From Octopus bimaculoides (lineage: Eukaryota): a stretch of 64,000 bases of DNA. The stretch spans positions 86,967,323 to 87,031,322 of the forward strand of contig NC_068984.1 of the NCBI RefSeq assembly GCF_001194135.2, written 5' to 3'. The notes under the pieces were generated by a model, which was given only the letters and a program-made list of their open reading frames with translations, did no database searches and was not told the origin of the DNA. Numbering within the stretch: the stretch's first letter is position 1; every line of letters starts with the position of its first letter. The position numbers were made by a program, and so were the translations under genes. Below are positions 12,406 to 24,097 of this stretch, in pieces.

Positions 12406-13039
12406 TTTCTAACAACAAACAAAGTATGTAGGAGGAGGAGGAGGATACAGGCTTTTTGAGTATTAGTACATGACTAGTGTATATTTTGAGAAAAAGCATG
12501 TGGAATCTAAATACTCAAAACAGAATGACGAAACTAAATATCATGAGGTTTAGGAAATCTATGTAAAAGCCACCTGCAGTGAAACATCACGCTAGTTGTA
12601 TTGATGTTTAGCCTCAGGTAAATCCTGATAGAGCAGATCTATAATTATTCCAGCTATGGCCATCTGGAAGTATAATGAACCCAGGATCATATCATTTGAT
12701 GTGTCCTTTTCTGAAACAGTAGGATGTGACTTGAAGGAGAATTGGCTGTTATTTCTAACTAAAGGAAAGTAAAAATAACTGCTGTAATAACTTGGTTAAG
12801 GAATAAAAAAAAAATGAAATAATTATTTTGAATTCGAACTATTAAAACTAAATTATGTATTTTGTATTCCATAAATTTAGTATCCATTCATTAAATAGAA
12901 TTTGAAGTTTTATGCTATTTTCTAACAAAGGAAATAAAATGTATTTAGATATCTAACTTAAAATATCTAAATCACTTACCAAGTTTTCCTATTTTGCTAA
13001 TCACAATATGCAGAACGAAAGTGGTTATGATATCACATG

Positions 13040-13253
13040 TCATGTAAACATACTGGCAAATGGTTGTGATTCGTGAGGTAATGCCAACCGACGTGGATAG
13101 AAAGTATGGTCAACTGAATAGCGAAGTAAGTTGGTCAAATTAGACATGTATAAATCAGCAAAACGAGAGAGCCGCCGAGAAAAATACGTAGGATTGTGAT
13201 GAGTACGGAACACGCTTCCAAAATGTGGGTTGAAAATCTCTTTGGCATATGCC
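13040..13253 (-). CDS. NT5DC3: NT5DC2/3-like 5'-nucleotidase exon 16 (last)
   Basis: catag|G GCA TAT... Encodes (R)[70 protein letters not shown]-stop (TGA 13042-13040). Confidence 0.96.
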
Positions 13254-13564
13254 CTATGGTAGAATAGAAAAATAAAAATATTAGTTTAATTATATGTAAT
13301 GAAAACTGAATCACAAAATCCAAATTCTATGTTTGTTTACAATTTTTAGTAATTTTTCTATATTAGCCTATATCTCTTATCTTTTACTTGTTTTAGTGAC
13401 TGGACTGCAGTCACCTGGGGTGATACCTTGAAGGATTTAATCAAACAAATCGAAACTCCAGTTCTTGTTTTTTAAGCCTGGTACTTATTCTGCTGAACTG
13501 CAAAATTATGACGATGTAAACAAACCAACACTGGTTGTCAAGTAGTGATGGAGTACACACACAA

Positions 13565-13607
<43 letters not shown>

Positions 13608-13639
13608 CAGCTCTCTCTCTCATATATATACATGGTCCC

Positions 13640-13935
13640 TGTGCTGGTGGCACATAAAAAGCACCATTTGAACGTGGTCAATGCCAGCACCGCCTGGACT
13701 GGCTCCTGTGCCGGTGGCATGTAAAAAGCACCATCTGATTGTGGTCAAAGCCAGCCCTCTCTGGCCCATGCCAGTGGTATGTAAAAAAAAAGTACCCACT
13801 ACACTTCCGGAGTGGTTGGCGTCAGAAAGGGTATCCAGCTGTAGAAACACTGCCAGATCAGATTGGAGCCTGGTGCAGCCTCCTGGCTTCCCAGACCCCC
13901 GTCTAACCCATGCCAGCATGGAAACGACGATGATG

Positions 13936-13937
<2 letters not shown>
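13640..13937 (+). mobile_element. (GAT)n-tailed RTE 3'UTR-type retroposon copy
   Basis: Internal tandem units, CAGCTGTAGAAAC core, ends CCATGCCAGCATGGAAACGACGATGATGAT. The family has about 20 copies or fragments in the window. Confidence 0.85.
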
Positions 13938-13989
<52 letters not shown>

Positions 13990-15574
13990 ATAATTCAATT
14001 AGGCAGCTGTTTAGCAATGTATCACCAAAAAGGAAAACTATAATTGTCATTAAGAGGCGTTAGAATACCTACAATGCTACAAATAAGACTTAAAAAGTGC
14101 TCTAATGCAGCAGTCAACGGAAGAAAGTGGCGGTTGGGATGCCCCCGTATCATTGATGGTTTTGTCAGTAAATCATAAATTTGAAAGAGAAGTTATAGAG
14201 CAATAGAGTAATTACAGAAACATAGTTATGACCACCATCAACTCACAAAACTTTGGTTAGTCCAGGACAGTAGTAAAAAACACTTGTCCAAGGTGCTACA
14301 GTGGAATTGAACAAAAGACCACATGGTTGGGAAGAAAACTGCTTAACCACATGCCACACAACATATATATAATGACAAGTAGAGATGATCATGAATTCAC
14401 AAACTAAATGAAAGAAAAAAAATCTTTGGAACTAAAATACTTTCACTAATTTCACTAATGAGCTTGAGAAATTCATGGCCATCTCACCATCTTATTATTA
14501 CACTATATACAGGCATTTTCTTTGGATCATTTTAGAGTTTTGTTTTTAAAGAGTGGGGTTCATGACCATAAACATTTCTGATACATAACTTAGAAACAAA
14601 AATCTGGCATCATCATCATCATCGTTTAATGTCCATTGTCCATTCTGGCATGAGTTAAGAAGATATAGAATGAAGTGGTAAAGACTGATCTCAAGAAGCT
14701 GAATCTCATGAAAGAGATCACAAAGAACTATAACAAGAGGTGACATGCAATGCTGGAAAAGACCTTGCCACACATGCAAGCATGGCAAAACTGATGCTAA
14801 AATGGAGGTGATGGTCATGTCCGATAAGTTTACTGTCATTAATCACTGCAGGAAAAGTTCACCATCATCAGTTTGCCATTATCAATTCACCATTTTTGTT
14901 TTGCAATAAAATAGTTTTTACTATTAATGGTGAGATACTAGGGATATATTTTTTTGGTAAACTTTCCTCACAGTAATTGATGGCAGTGAACATACCTGTA
15001 ATTGGTGGTGGTGATGGTGAGGGAAGTTGGGATGTATAATATATCTACATTTGAATCTCTTGCCCATTATGTACCTGTTAAGTCTTCATCTGTTCCTCAC
15101 CTCCACTCTCACCCTCATGTCTATCACAATATTTTCTCCTATTCGCTGCACTGTGCCTTCTGCATTATAAGGGATAGAGTTGGATTTGTCCATATTCAAT
15201 TCACCTCCTCATCATCACCCTTTATCATACTACTTCTATCTCAACACACCTATTAATCAGACCTGTTTGTATTTGACACCCACCACTGTCACCCTTCTTT
15301 ACTGGTAACTATCACACTCTGTACCTCATGTCACTCATTACCTGCTTACATCTCTCTTTCTCTCTCTCTCTTACCCCTTCTGCTGCTATCCATTTCTCAC
15401 TCTATCTGTTACACCTCCAACTCATCATTCTCTTCCTCTCACTTTCCCTGCATATTACTCTGTCTTCCACCACCCTATCTTCTTCCAGTCTCTACCTCTT
15501 CCTCCATCACATGCCACTCATGCTGTATTTCTATTCACTCTCCTTATAAACAGCCATGTCTTTCTTCCATTACT

Positions 15575-15812
15575 TACTCTCTTATTTCTTTATTGCCTAC
15601 AAGGGGCTAAACATAGAGGGGACAAACAAGGACAGACAAAGGGATTAAGTCGATTACATCGACCCAGTGTGTAACTGGTACTAAATTTATTGACCCCGAA
15701 AAGATGAAAGGTAAAGTCGACCTCTGCAGAATTTGAACTCAGAACATAGCAGCAGACAAAATGCTGCTAAGCATTTCGCCCGGTGTGCTACGTTTCTGCC
15801 AGTTCACCGCCT
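15575..15812 (-). mobile_element. SINE of the GGCGAGCTGGCAGAA family
   Basis: Reverse complement of the head at about 15790-15810, GTCGAC..GCAGAATTTGAACTCAGAA box, central TTTCATCTTTTCGGGGTCAATAAATTTAGTACCAG domain. Confidence 0.85.
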
Positions 15813-16319
15813 TACTCTCTTACCACACTCTATTATCTTTCCCTTTTTCTCATTGTATTTATACTCACTCGCTAACTTCTTTCACCCTATTGGTCATGTT
15901 TGCATTGAACAAATGAAGACAACATAGAACAGAGGGGAAAGCAACCTTTCTGAAGCTGGTGGTATGAAAAAATGTACTCAATACACTCTATAAAATGGTT
16001 AGTAAATAAATGGTGGCAACATTGCATCAAGAGGACTCTTTTCTTGTCTTGTCAAGGATATGACAACCTCCCTAGTGTTGGTGCCATGCTAAAATGCATC
16101 CAGTACATTCTGGCTGACATCAAAAAGGGCCTCTAGCCTTAGTATTCAATGCCAAAAATGGAACACATTATTGGGATGCAGATAGTTTCTCCAAATAAAA
16201 ACTGACTAAACCTTGACTTGTCCAGGCCCATGCGAACATGAAAAGTAGATATAAAAGGATGATGATGATTAAAAAGTGTTACTGTTGAATGCAAACTTAA
16301 GTCTTAGCATTGACCTTAC

Positions 16320-16384
16320 CTCACTAAGTCTCTTTCATGAAGCCATTCTTTTAGAATTTCCGTGTCTTCAAGAGCAGTAGTATC
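16320..16384 (-). CDS. NT5DC3: NT5DC2/3-like exon 15
   Basis: ttttcag|GAT...GTG AG|gtaagg, 65 nt. Encodes DTTALEDTEILKEWLHERDLV(R). Confidence 0.9.
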
Positions 16385-16652
16385 CTGAAAATAACAACAA
16401 ATGATAACTTCATACAGGTGTGTGTTCCTCTTTTTAGTTTCAGTTTGAAATTTCTATATATATTTTTTTCCATTTATTACATTACCAATGTACTATGGTG
16501 CCTGAGTATAAACATAGATTAAATCAATACTAAATTTACTGTACTTGGAGCTACTAGTGCAATAGGTACTAAAATCTAAATTTTCAAAATAAATCATCAA
16601 AAAAACATATAATTCTGAAGAATCTCCTTTAGCATTATGTAAATGAACCAAC

Positions 16653-16739
16653 CTGGCAATATTCTATCATTTGCTGCAGAACCATGCCCCACCTGACCGC
16701 TACTTTGTAGTCTGTGGCATTGATTTTATCTATTTCATT
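16653..16739 (-). CDS. NT5DC3: NT5DC2/3-like exon 14
   Basis: ctcag|AAT...CAG|gttggt, 87 nt. Encodes NEIDKINATDYKVAVRWGMVLQQMIEYCQ. Confidence 0.9.
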
Positions 16740-17547
16740 CTGAGAAGTGAAAATAAGAAACAAAAAATAAGTACATTTCATGTTTGGCAAACTTAAATAT
16801 AATGATAAACATTTACAATAAATAACAGGAATTTGAATATGGGGGGAGATTATTTGGGTTAAAAAAAAAAAGCATCTAGTACACTGTGAAGCAGTTGGCA
16901 TTAGGAAATGCATCTAGCTGTAGAAATCATGCCAAACAGATATTGGAAATTTTCTCAGCCCTCTGGCTTGTCAGTTCATCTCAAATCATCCAACACATGC
17001 CAGTATGGAAAAAGGTATTTTAAATGAGGATGATGATAATGGTGGTGGTGGTGATGATGATGGTGGTGGTGATGATGATGCTTGGAAAGAGTTTGATTTA
17101 GACATTAGTATGTATAATGGTCAATGGAAAAAAAAAACACTTTTTAGCATTGTTGTTGTAATGATTGTTATGTCTTCCCAGGACAACTTTTATTGAGCAC
17201 TCCGACAGTACACAGTTAATTGACCAAACAATTAGGCATGATCCATAGATCTGTCAAGGTATGGAATTAACTATCCACATTGATTGCTAGCTGTCAGGAC
17301 ACTGCATCCTTCAAAAATTCCATGCTTCCTAAAATTCATTTACACAATTCCTCACATGTCTACGCGTCCATTTCTCTTTATTGCTCTTTTACTGTTCACT
17401 TTTCTGTCTTTTTGTGTTTTATTTTGTATACTGTGAATGCACATCTGGTATTTATTGCTGTCTTTCTTTGACTTACTGTTGCTTTCTGTGCTCTCTTTTA
17501 CTCTTTTCCAATGAGTTGTGGTGCACCTGAGCACTACATGCCAAAAG

Positions 17548-17595
<48 letters not shown>

Positions 17596-17597
<2 letters not shown>

Positions 17598-18194
17598 GGT
17601 GGTGAGCTGGCTAAATCATTTGCATGCCAGACAAAATGCTTAGTGGTATTTCACCTGTCACTGCATTCTGAGTTCAAATTCCACTGAGGTCAACTTTGCC
17701 TTTCATACTTTCAGGGTCAATAAATTAAGTACCAGTGAAACACTGGAGGTCAACNNNNNNNNNNNNNNNNNNNNNNNNNNNNNNNNNNNNNNNNNNNNNN
17801 NNNNNNNNNNNNNNNNNNNNNNNNNNNNNNNNNNNNNNNNNNNNNNNNNNNNNNNNNNNNNNNNNNNNNNNNNNNNNNNNNNNNNNNNNNNNNNNNNNNN
17901 NNNNNNNNNNNNNNNNNNNNNNNNNNNNNNNNNNNNNNNNNNNNNNNNNNNNNAGAAAGGATCATTAATATTATTATCATTAAGGCAGTGAGCTGGCAGA
18001 ACTGTTAGCACGCTGGGTAAAATGCTTAGTGGTATTTTGTCCATCTTTATGTTCTGAGTGCAAATCCCACCAAGGTTGACTTTGCCTTTCATCCTTTCGG
18101 GGTCAATAAATTAAGTACCAGTGAAACACTGGGGAAGATGTCATTGACTAGTCCTATCCCCAAAAATTTCAGGCCTTGTGCCTTTACAGAAAGG

Positions 18195-18232
<38 letters not shown>

Positions 18233-18436
18233 GGTGGCAGAATTGTTAGCATGTTGGGAAAAATGCTTTGCAGCATTTCTTCCATCTTTAAATTCTGAGT
18301 TCAAATTCCATTGAGGTTGACTTTGCCTTCCGTTCTTTTGGGGTTGATGAAATAAGCACCTGTCAAATACTGGGGTTGATGTAATCAACTATCCCTCTTT
18401 CCTAAAATTTCAGGCTGTGTGCCTATAATAGAAAGG
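17596..18436 (+). mobile_element. Head-to-tail array of three SINE copies separated by (ATT)n
   Basis: Units start at 17596, 17982 and 18231. The 2nd and 3rd end GTGCCT...AGAAAGG followed by (ATT)n. The first unit is interrupted by a gap. Confidence 0.88.
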
Positions 18437-20059
18437 ATTCTTATTATTATTACTATCATTAGGAAAGAAAGGATCTTTGGACGCTGGGCCTCACTGAAGA
18501 ATGACAAGGGACCAGGAGATGTGATAATTTGCTGTACTTGATAAGACAGTAAAATCACTGTCTTCCACACGTATAGGCTTGTCTTTTCAGGTGCTGGTGC
18601 CACATAAAATGCACCTGTGCCAGTGCTGCATAAATACACCTGTGCTGGTGGCACATAAAGAGCACCCAGCACACTCTCTTAAGTGTTTGGCATTAGGAAG
18701 GACATCCAGCTGTAGAAACCATGCCACAACAGACAATTGGTGTCTAGGCACCTTCCAGCTGCCTAGCTCCATGTCAAACTGTTCAACCCATGCCAGCATG
18801 GAAATGGAAGATTATTATTATTATTACTACTACTACTACTACAGGTACTGAACCTCTTATCTGGCAACCTTGGGACCGGAGGTGGTCTAGATTTCTGGAC
18901 ACAGGCTAAATATATACTGAAAATATAAAATAAACAACGAAAAGTAAAGAACAAAATTGTATAACATATACAAATTAATACACAGAAGCAGTCACACAGG
19001 AACTGGCATTGTGTGGCACATACGCCACAGAAACCAAAACAAAATGGCCATGTGGCGAACTACAACAGCCCACGAAATTCAAAGCTTGCCAGTTTCAAAA
19101 ATAGTCAGATTTCTGGATTCCAAATTAGAAGTTCAGTACCTGTGTTATTATTATTATTCCATCTTACCACCTAGCTGAGAAGAACACTGCACTCTGACAT
19201 GCATATTATCAATCAGATGGAATTTACTGTAATAGTCTGGACATGCTCTATTCTCTCCACTGTCCAGTGTGTTTCTGTTTTATTGTTGTTTAGCCCATTG
19301 CCAGCTCTAGTCATTCAGAATTATGATCAAAGCATCCCAGCCAAGGTCATCCCTTCTTATTTAAAAAAAAAGGGATCCAAGACTACACTACCTAATGTGT
19401 CCTGCCTTTCTTAAGACGGCAGGATTTGATTTGAAAGAGATTTGGCTGCTGTGTTTAGGTGGAGAAACCACATACACTCCCTCAATGACTTGTCTATATA
19501 CTTGTTGTTGTTGTTTAACCCCAGATCAGCTTGAGCAGACCTGTAATCAAAAGCATTGCAGCCATAACCATCCAGTTTTATTTTTTTATTTCAGGCATAG
19601 TATATCTAGGACCATATTAATCAATGTGATCTTCTCTTTTTTTTTTTTTTTTTTTGAGCTAGTGATGTGTAATATGAAGGATATTTGGCTGCTATCTTTA
19701 TGAAGGACATGTTATCTCTTTGAAGGGTTTTTGGCAGTCAAGCAACCATATAGAAGTTTACTCATATGCCTGCAGATTCTGGTGCTGGCTCTGGCAAAGT
19801 CAAGCAAAGTGGAATTAGTCAGAACATAACTATTGCTATTCATCCCAGCAAAATGTTTATGATTAATGGTGCTGCAGTTATTACTGGGCCTACATGAGCT
19901 GTTTGTTTTTATGCTTTTATGTTTGGGCTGAGTGGAAAAGATTAAGTTTTTAAGTAAGGTTATGAGTTGATTTAATTTCCAAAAACCTAAAATGATTTAG
20001 GTCAGTTTGTAAGTAACAATAACATGAAGTCAACAACAAGTACTAATGTATGCAGTAGT

Positions 20060-20397
20060 CAGAGCCAGATTTAGACTTAGTGAGCTCAGTCCATGAGTTG
20101 AAAAATGGTAAAAGATATATGCCTTTTAAATATTTTTAGACCCCTGTGGATTGTGAGGTACTAAATTTTAGACCTAGTAAGCTTGGTCCCCTAATTGAAA
20201 AATGGTAAAAGATATATGCCTTTAAAAATATTTTGAGACCTCTGTGGATTGTGAGGTCCAAAACTTTAGACCTAGTGAGCTCGATCCCCTAGTTGGAAAA
20301 TGGTAATGGATGTACGCCTTTTAAATATTTTGAGACCCCTGTGGATTGTGAGGTCCTAAACTGTAATTTGTTTAGTTTATGTCTAGATCTGGCACTG
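20060..20397. mobile_element. hAT-like MITE with three internal ~98 bp tandem repeats
   Basis: Terminal inverted repeats CAGAGCCAGATTTAGA and TCTAGATCTGGCACTG. Units start at 20072, 20169 and 20267. Flanking 8-mers gcagtagt/atagtaat match at 5 of 8 positions. Confidence 0.65.
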
Positions 20398-21950
20398 ATA
20401 GTAATAAATTTTCTGCATAGGTTGGAAAATCATAAATATAAGTCAGTTTTAGTAATAATTACATGAAGTTAAAACCAAGAATTAATACATGTAGTAGTAA
20501 ACATTCTATATAGTTTTTAAAAGATAACATAATCTTTGAGATCTGACTGCAGTTGCCCTCACTTATTTTTTAGGTTTTTAGGCCATGCTATAAGCAGTTA
20601 ATTACTCAGAATAAGTAACAATTAATATTCTTTTTATATATTTCCAGTCTCTAAATAAGGTAATATTAATTAAAGAAGACTACAGTATTTACCGCATTTC
20701 TTGGCATCAAGGACGCTCTGACCATAAAGATTTTGGCTTGAGCATTTGGAAAACAAATAAACAAAAAAATCAGGGTTTTAATGCTTTTACATACTTCACC
20801 AAGATATTTTGTTAGTGGTTTAGTCATCTGTTGATGACTTATAGTTAACGTTTTTTCTTTTACTTTTAAAATACAGACACACAAGCTTAGCATAGTCAAC
20901 TCTCTTTTGGTGACAAAATGACTTATGAAAAATGTAGTCTTCATTCTTTAGAATGTACAGTAAATTTTCTTGACATATTTTGGGGAGGAAACAAACATCC
21001 TCAATGGTGAGAAATAGGACTCGTGCATATTGAGAAAAACTTAATTCAAAACATCAGGGTCAAAATAGAAGAAGCTTTATAATCAAGTGTAATTAAAAAT
21101 AAGAGGATAAAGTATATTACTGATTTTTAAGTACAAAAGGTGTAGTCATATTACATTTGAAATCGCATTATATCTGAGTAAATACTGTAGGTGTAAAAAT
21201 AACAGTAAAATACAAGTTTAATTATGTGGGGTGTCAAAGTGCCAATCACAGTCATCATCACCATTGCTGGATTTGTTTTTATACTTTCAGGGTATTTATG
21301 ATTCTATTGTACAGTATATGACCATTCATCTAGATCCATTATGTTCTCTTGGAGGAAGGAGAACATGTTCAGATTTGACCTGACAATTTTCCTGCTTGTT
21401 TTCTCAATCTTCCTTCATTAGTAAACATAACAAGCCAATGAGGAAGTAGCTATGTGGTCATTAGAATTGCTAGATATAGTAGCAAAATCTCTCATAAATC
21501 ACAATCTACCATCTTAAAGAGTGGAAATATTGAATGAAATGCTAGATACATCGTGTCTGAGAATAAACGAGGATGGTCATGGCTAGAATGCTTTTGGTTG
21601 TAACTAAGTTTGTTCAGGGCTGTGGATTTGAACCCCCTATCAAACAAATGATTTTATCTGCTCTAGTGTGCAGAATAAATATCAGCTAATCACAGTAATG
21701 CAGAAATGTAAACATCTGAAATAATAATTCCAAATTTATTAAACAGTCAGAGATGACCCCATAATGAGATTAGCCAGTTCTTTACCTGATGTTTAAATGA
21801 ATATGAAAATAATTTTATAGTTTAATGTAATTTTAAATAAATATTTGATACATTTTAAGATATAATTCCAATAATAGTTCTATCACCAATTTCAATAAAA
21901 TCAATTAAAGCCTTAGTTTAAGATGCTGAGTAATTGCGTTTACCACATAC

Positions 21951-22004
21951 CTCAAGTTCAGGAATGATAGCTCCAGTTCTCCAGCCATGCCTCAGGGCAA
22001 CATC
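21951..22004 (-). CDS. NT5DC3: NT5DC2/3-like exon 13
   Basis: tatag|GAT...GAG|gtatg, 54 nt. Encodes DVALRHGWRTGAIIPELE. Confidence 0.96.
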
Positions 22005-24010
22005 CTATAATAAGAAAAATAACCATGATAAATAAATTTCTATATCAAGGAATTATTTCAACATGTAGGCATCCCCTGCATTACAGAAGTGGTGCATTTG
22101 CAAACATTTTGCTGTAATATGAATTATGTAATGCAAAATGTATTTTCCCATTTAGCATGAAAAAGATTGTGTACTATAATACTCTATGTGACAGCAAGAT
22201 TTTCAGGAGATTCTATAATGCGGAGGAGGCTATTTACAAAATACTAGGTAACATAAACATACTAAGGTGAAGGTAAATATTGACTTTATGAAGATGCTTG
22301 AATTTCCACTTCTGTGACCAAAAGCTTGAATACATTGTATGGGGAGAGGCATAGTCAGAAGTTTGCTTTACATCTAGGTATATTACCCTCTATAGATCAA
22401 ACCAAACCTTGTAAGTAACAGTGGGTAGACAGAAACTGTACAAGGCATTGGATGAACTTGCAGCGGGATGTGTAACAAAAGATGTTGTTGAGGTAGCAGA
22501 TGAAATAGACAAGTAGATGACATCAAAGTAAAACAATGGTAAAGCATTGATTGTGGTTTAAATAATTTATTTAATTAACACTTGCATTTATGTGTTGTAT
22601 ACACCAGAAAATCTGCTACATGACATTACCCACTACATTACATTACCAACTTGCTTCGAGTCGACGAAGTAAAAAATAAACAGGGGAAAGACTGTGTCGA
22701 TGTGATGAGGTAGAACTGGGCTTGTTTTGTGTCTGTGTATGCATTGGTCATTCGGTCGTGTCTGTTTATGTTCTGCGACTGCTACTGTGTTGGTTGTCCA
22801 TGCTGAATATGTGGTTCTATGATGGCTGCTTGACTGGCACAAGTTAATTGCTGGCTGTCTGCTTTGACCGTTTGCCCGTTGATGGCTATCTGCCTGTCTG
22901 TCGTGTGTCTGACTGTATTTATAATGGTCATGACAGCTAGAAGGACAGACATACCACAGGAGTAATTTCTACCTATGTAGGCTGCCTCCTGTCCACTTGA
23001 ACTTTAAATGACACAGCTCAGGTCAGAGGTTGAAGTGAAATCCATCCATCACTTTTTGACAGGACAAAGAAATTTCTTTCACGCCTGTTTGGCCAGTGGT
23101 GGATGGTTTCAAATTTCAGCTCAGAAAAAGGAAGTGTTAGTTTTTACAAACTGGTTAAAAAGATATATTTAGTGACAGAGGCAGTATCAATACTGAGAGG
23201 TAATATTTATCCCCACTTAAACATTGATGTTCTGTTAGCTTGTTCATCCACATCTAATAGGATGAATTATCCCTGCAAGTTTGTTCTTGGGTAGTAAGCT
23301 TAATCCATCCCCCAGTTTAACATCACCATCTAACTCTCGAGTACCTTTAGCATTGTTCACTCTGTTGTAAGCATTCTGACCAAACTTCTGGTTTCTTCGC
23401 TGCTTTGTCCCACCAGTCTTGGGGACTTTGTAAAAAGTTTTATGGCTGTTGCCATTCCTTTTGTGACAATAAACAATAATATTCTTTTTCCTTTTTTTTT
23501 TTTGAAGTTTTAAAACTAGAGTTAAATACCAATTTTTCTTATTAGGGAGAAAATAACAATTAAAAATGATAAACCTAAATAAAATTCTCGTTGAGTACAC
23601 CATTGTTTATATCAAATATAAGTTTAATATAATTTTTCTTACATTTGTGAGTGTAAAGAAAGACAGTGGACAGATGCCCATGCATTATGGGGCCCAAACT
23701 GGAAGGATAGGATGTTTGGTGAAACTAGTTTATTTCCATTTAATTAGGAATCATGGAATAAAGCTACAAGAAGGAAAGTTTAGATAAAGTTATTGTTTCT
23801 TCCTTAGGAACTATGATCAAAGATGCTGCAGCCATGATCATTTTCAAATGTTTTTCAGCTATGACTACATTATTTGATGTCTCTTAAGCAACCACACAGC
23901 AGCTCCCTTCTTTGTATATTGAATAAAGTGTTTTGTACAAGTTTCTTGTTTAAAAAGAAAAAAATTCAGTTTAGTTGATGGAAGGAAGTAAAAGAAAAAG
24001 ACTGACTTAC

Positions 24011-24097
24011 TGCTAGGTCACTGTAAACATGATCACCAAAATAAAACACCTTTGAACCAAACCATCCTGTCATCTGTCGCAAAAGTGAAAAATTGCC
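24011..24097 (-). CDS. NT5DC3: NT5DC2/3-like exon 12 (HAD motif IV GDH..SD)
   Basis: ttctag|GGC...GCA|gtaagt, 87 nt. Encodes [29 protein letters not shown]. Confidence 0.96.

Noticed and set aside
17555-18460. Regularly spaced repeats resembling a CRISPR array
   Set aside because: The units are ~213 bp SINEs separated by (ATT)n in eukaryotic intron DNA. There are no unique spacers and no cas genes.
20680-21190. pogo/Tigger-like termini (TACAGTA...TACTGTA)
   Set aside because: The candidate TIRs match only over a few bases and no transposase remnant is readable.
23244-23603. 119 aa minus-strand ORF in NT5DC intron 12
   Set aside because: Low-complexity Lys-rich start, no domain motif, and it does not fit the exon phase chain, which is already complete.
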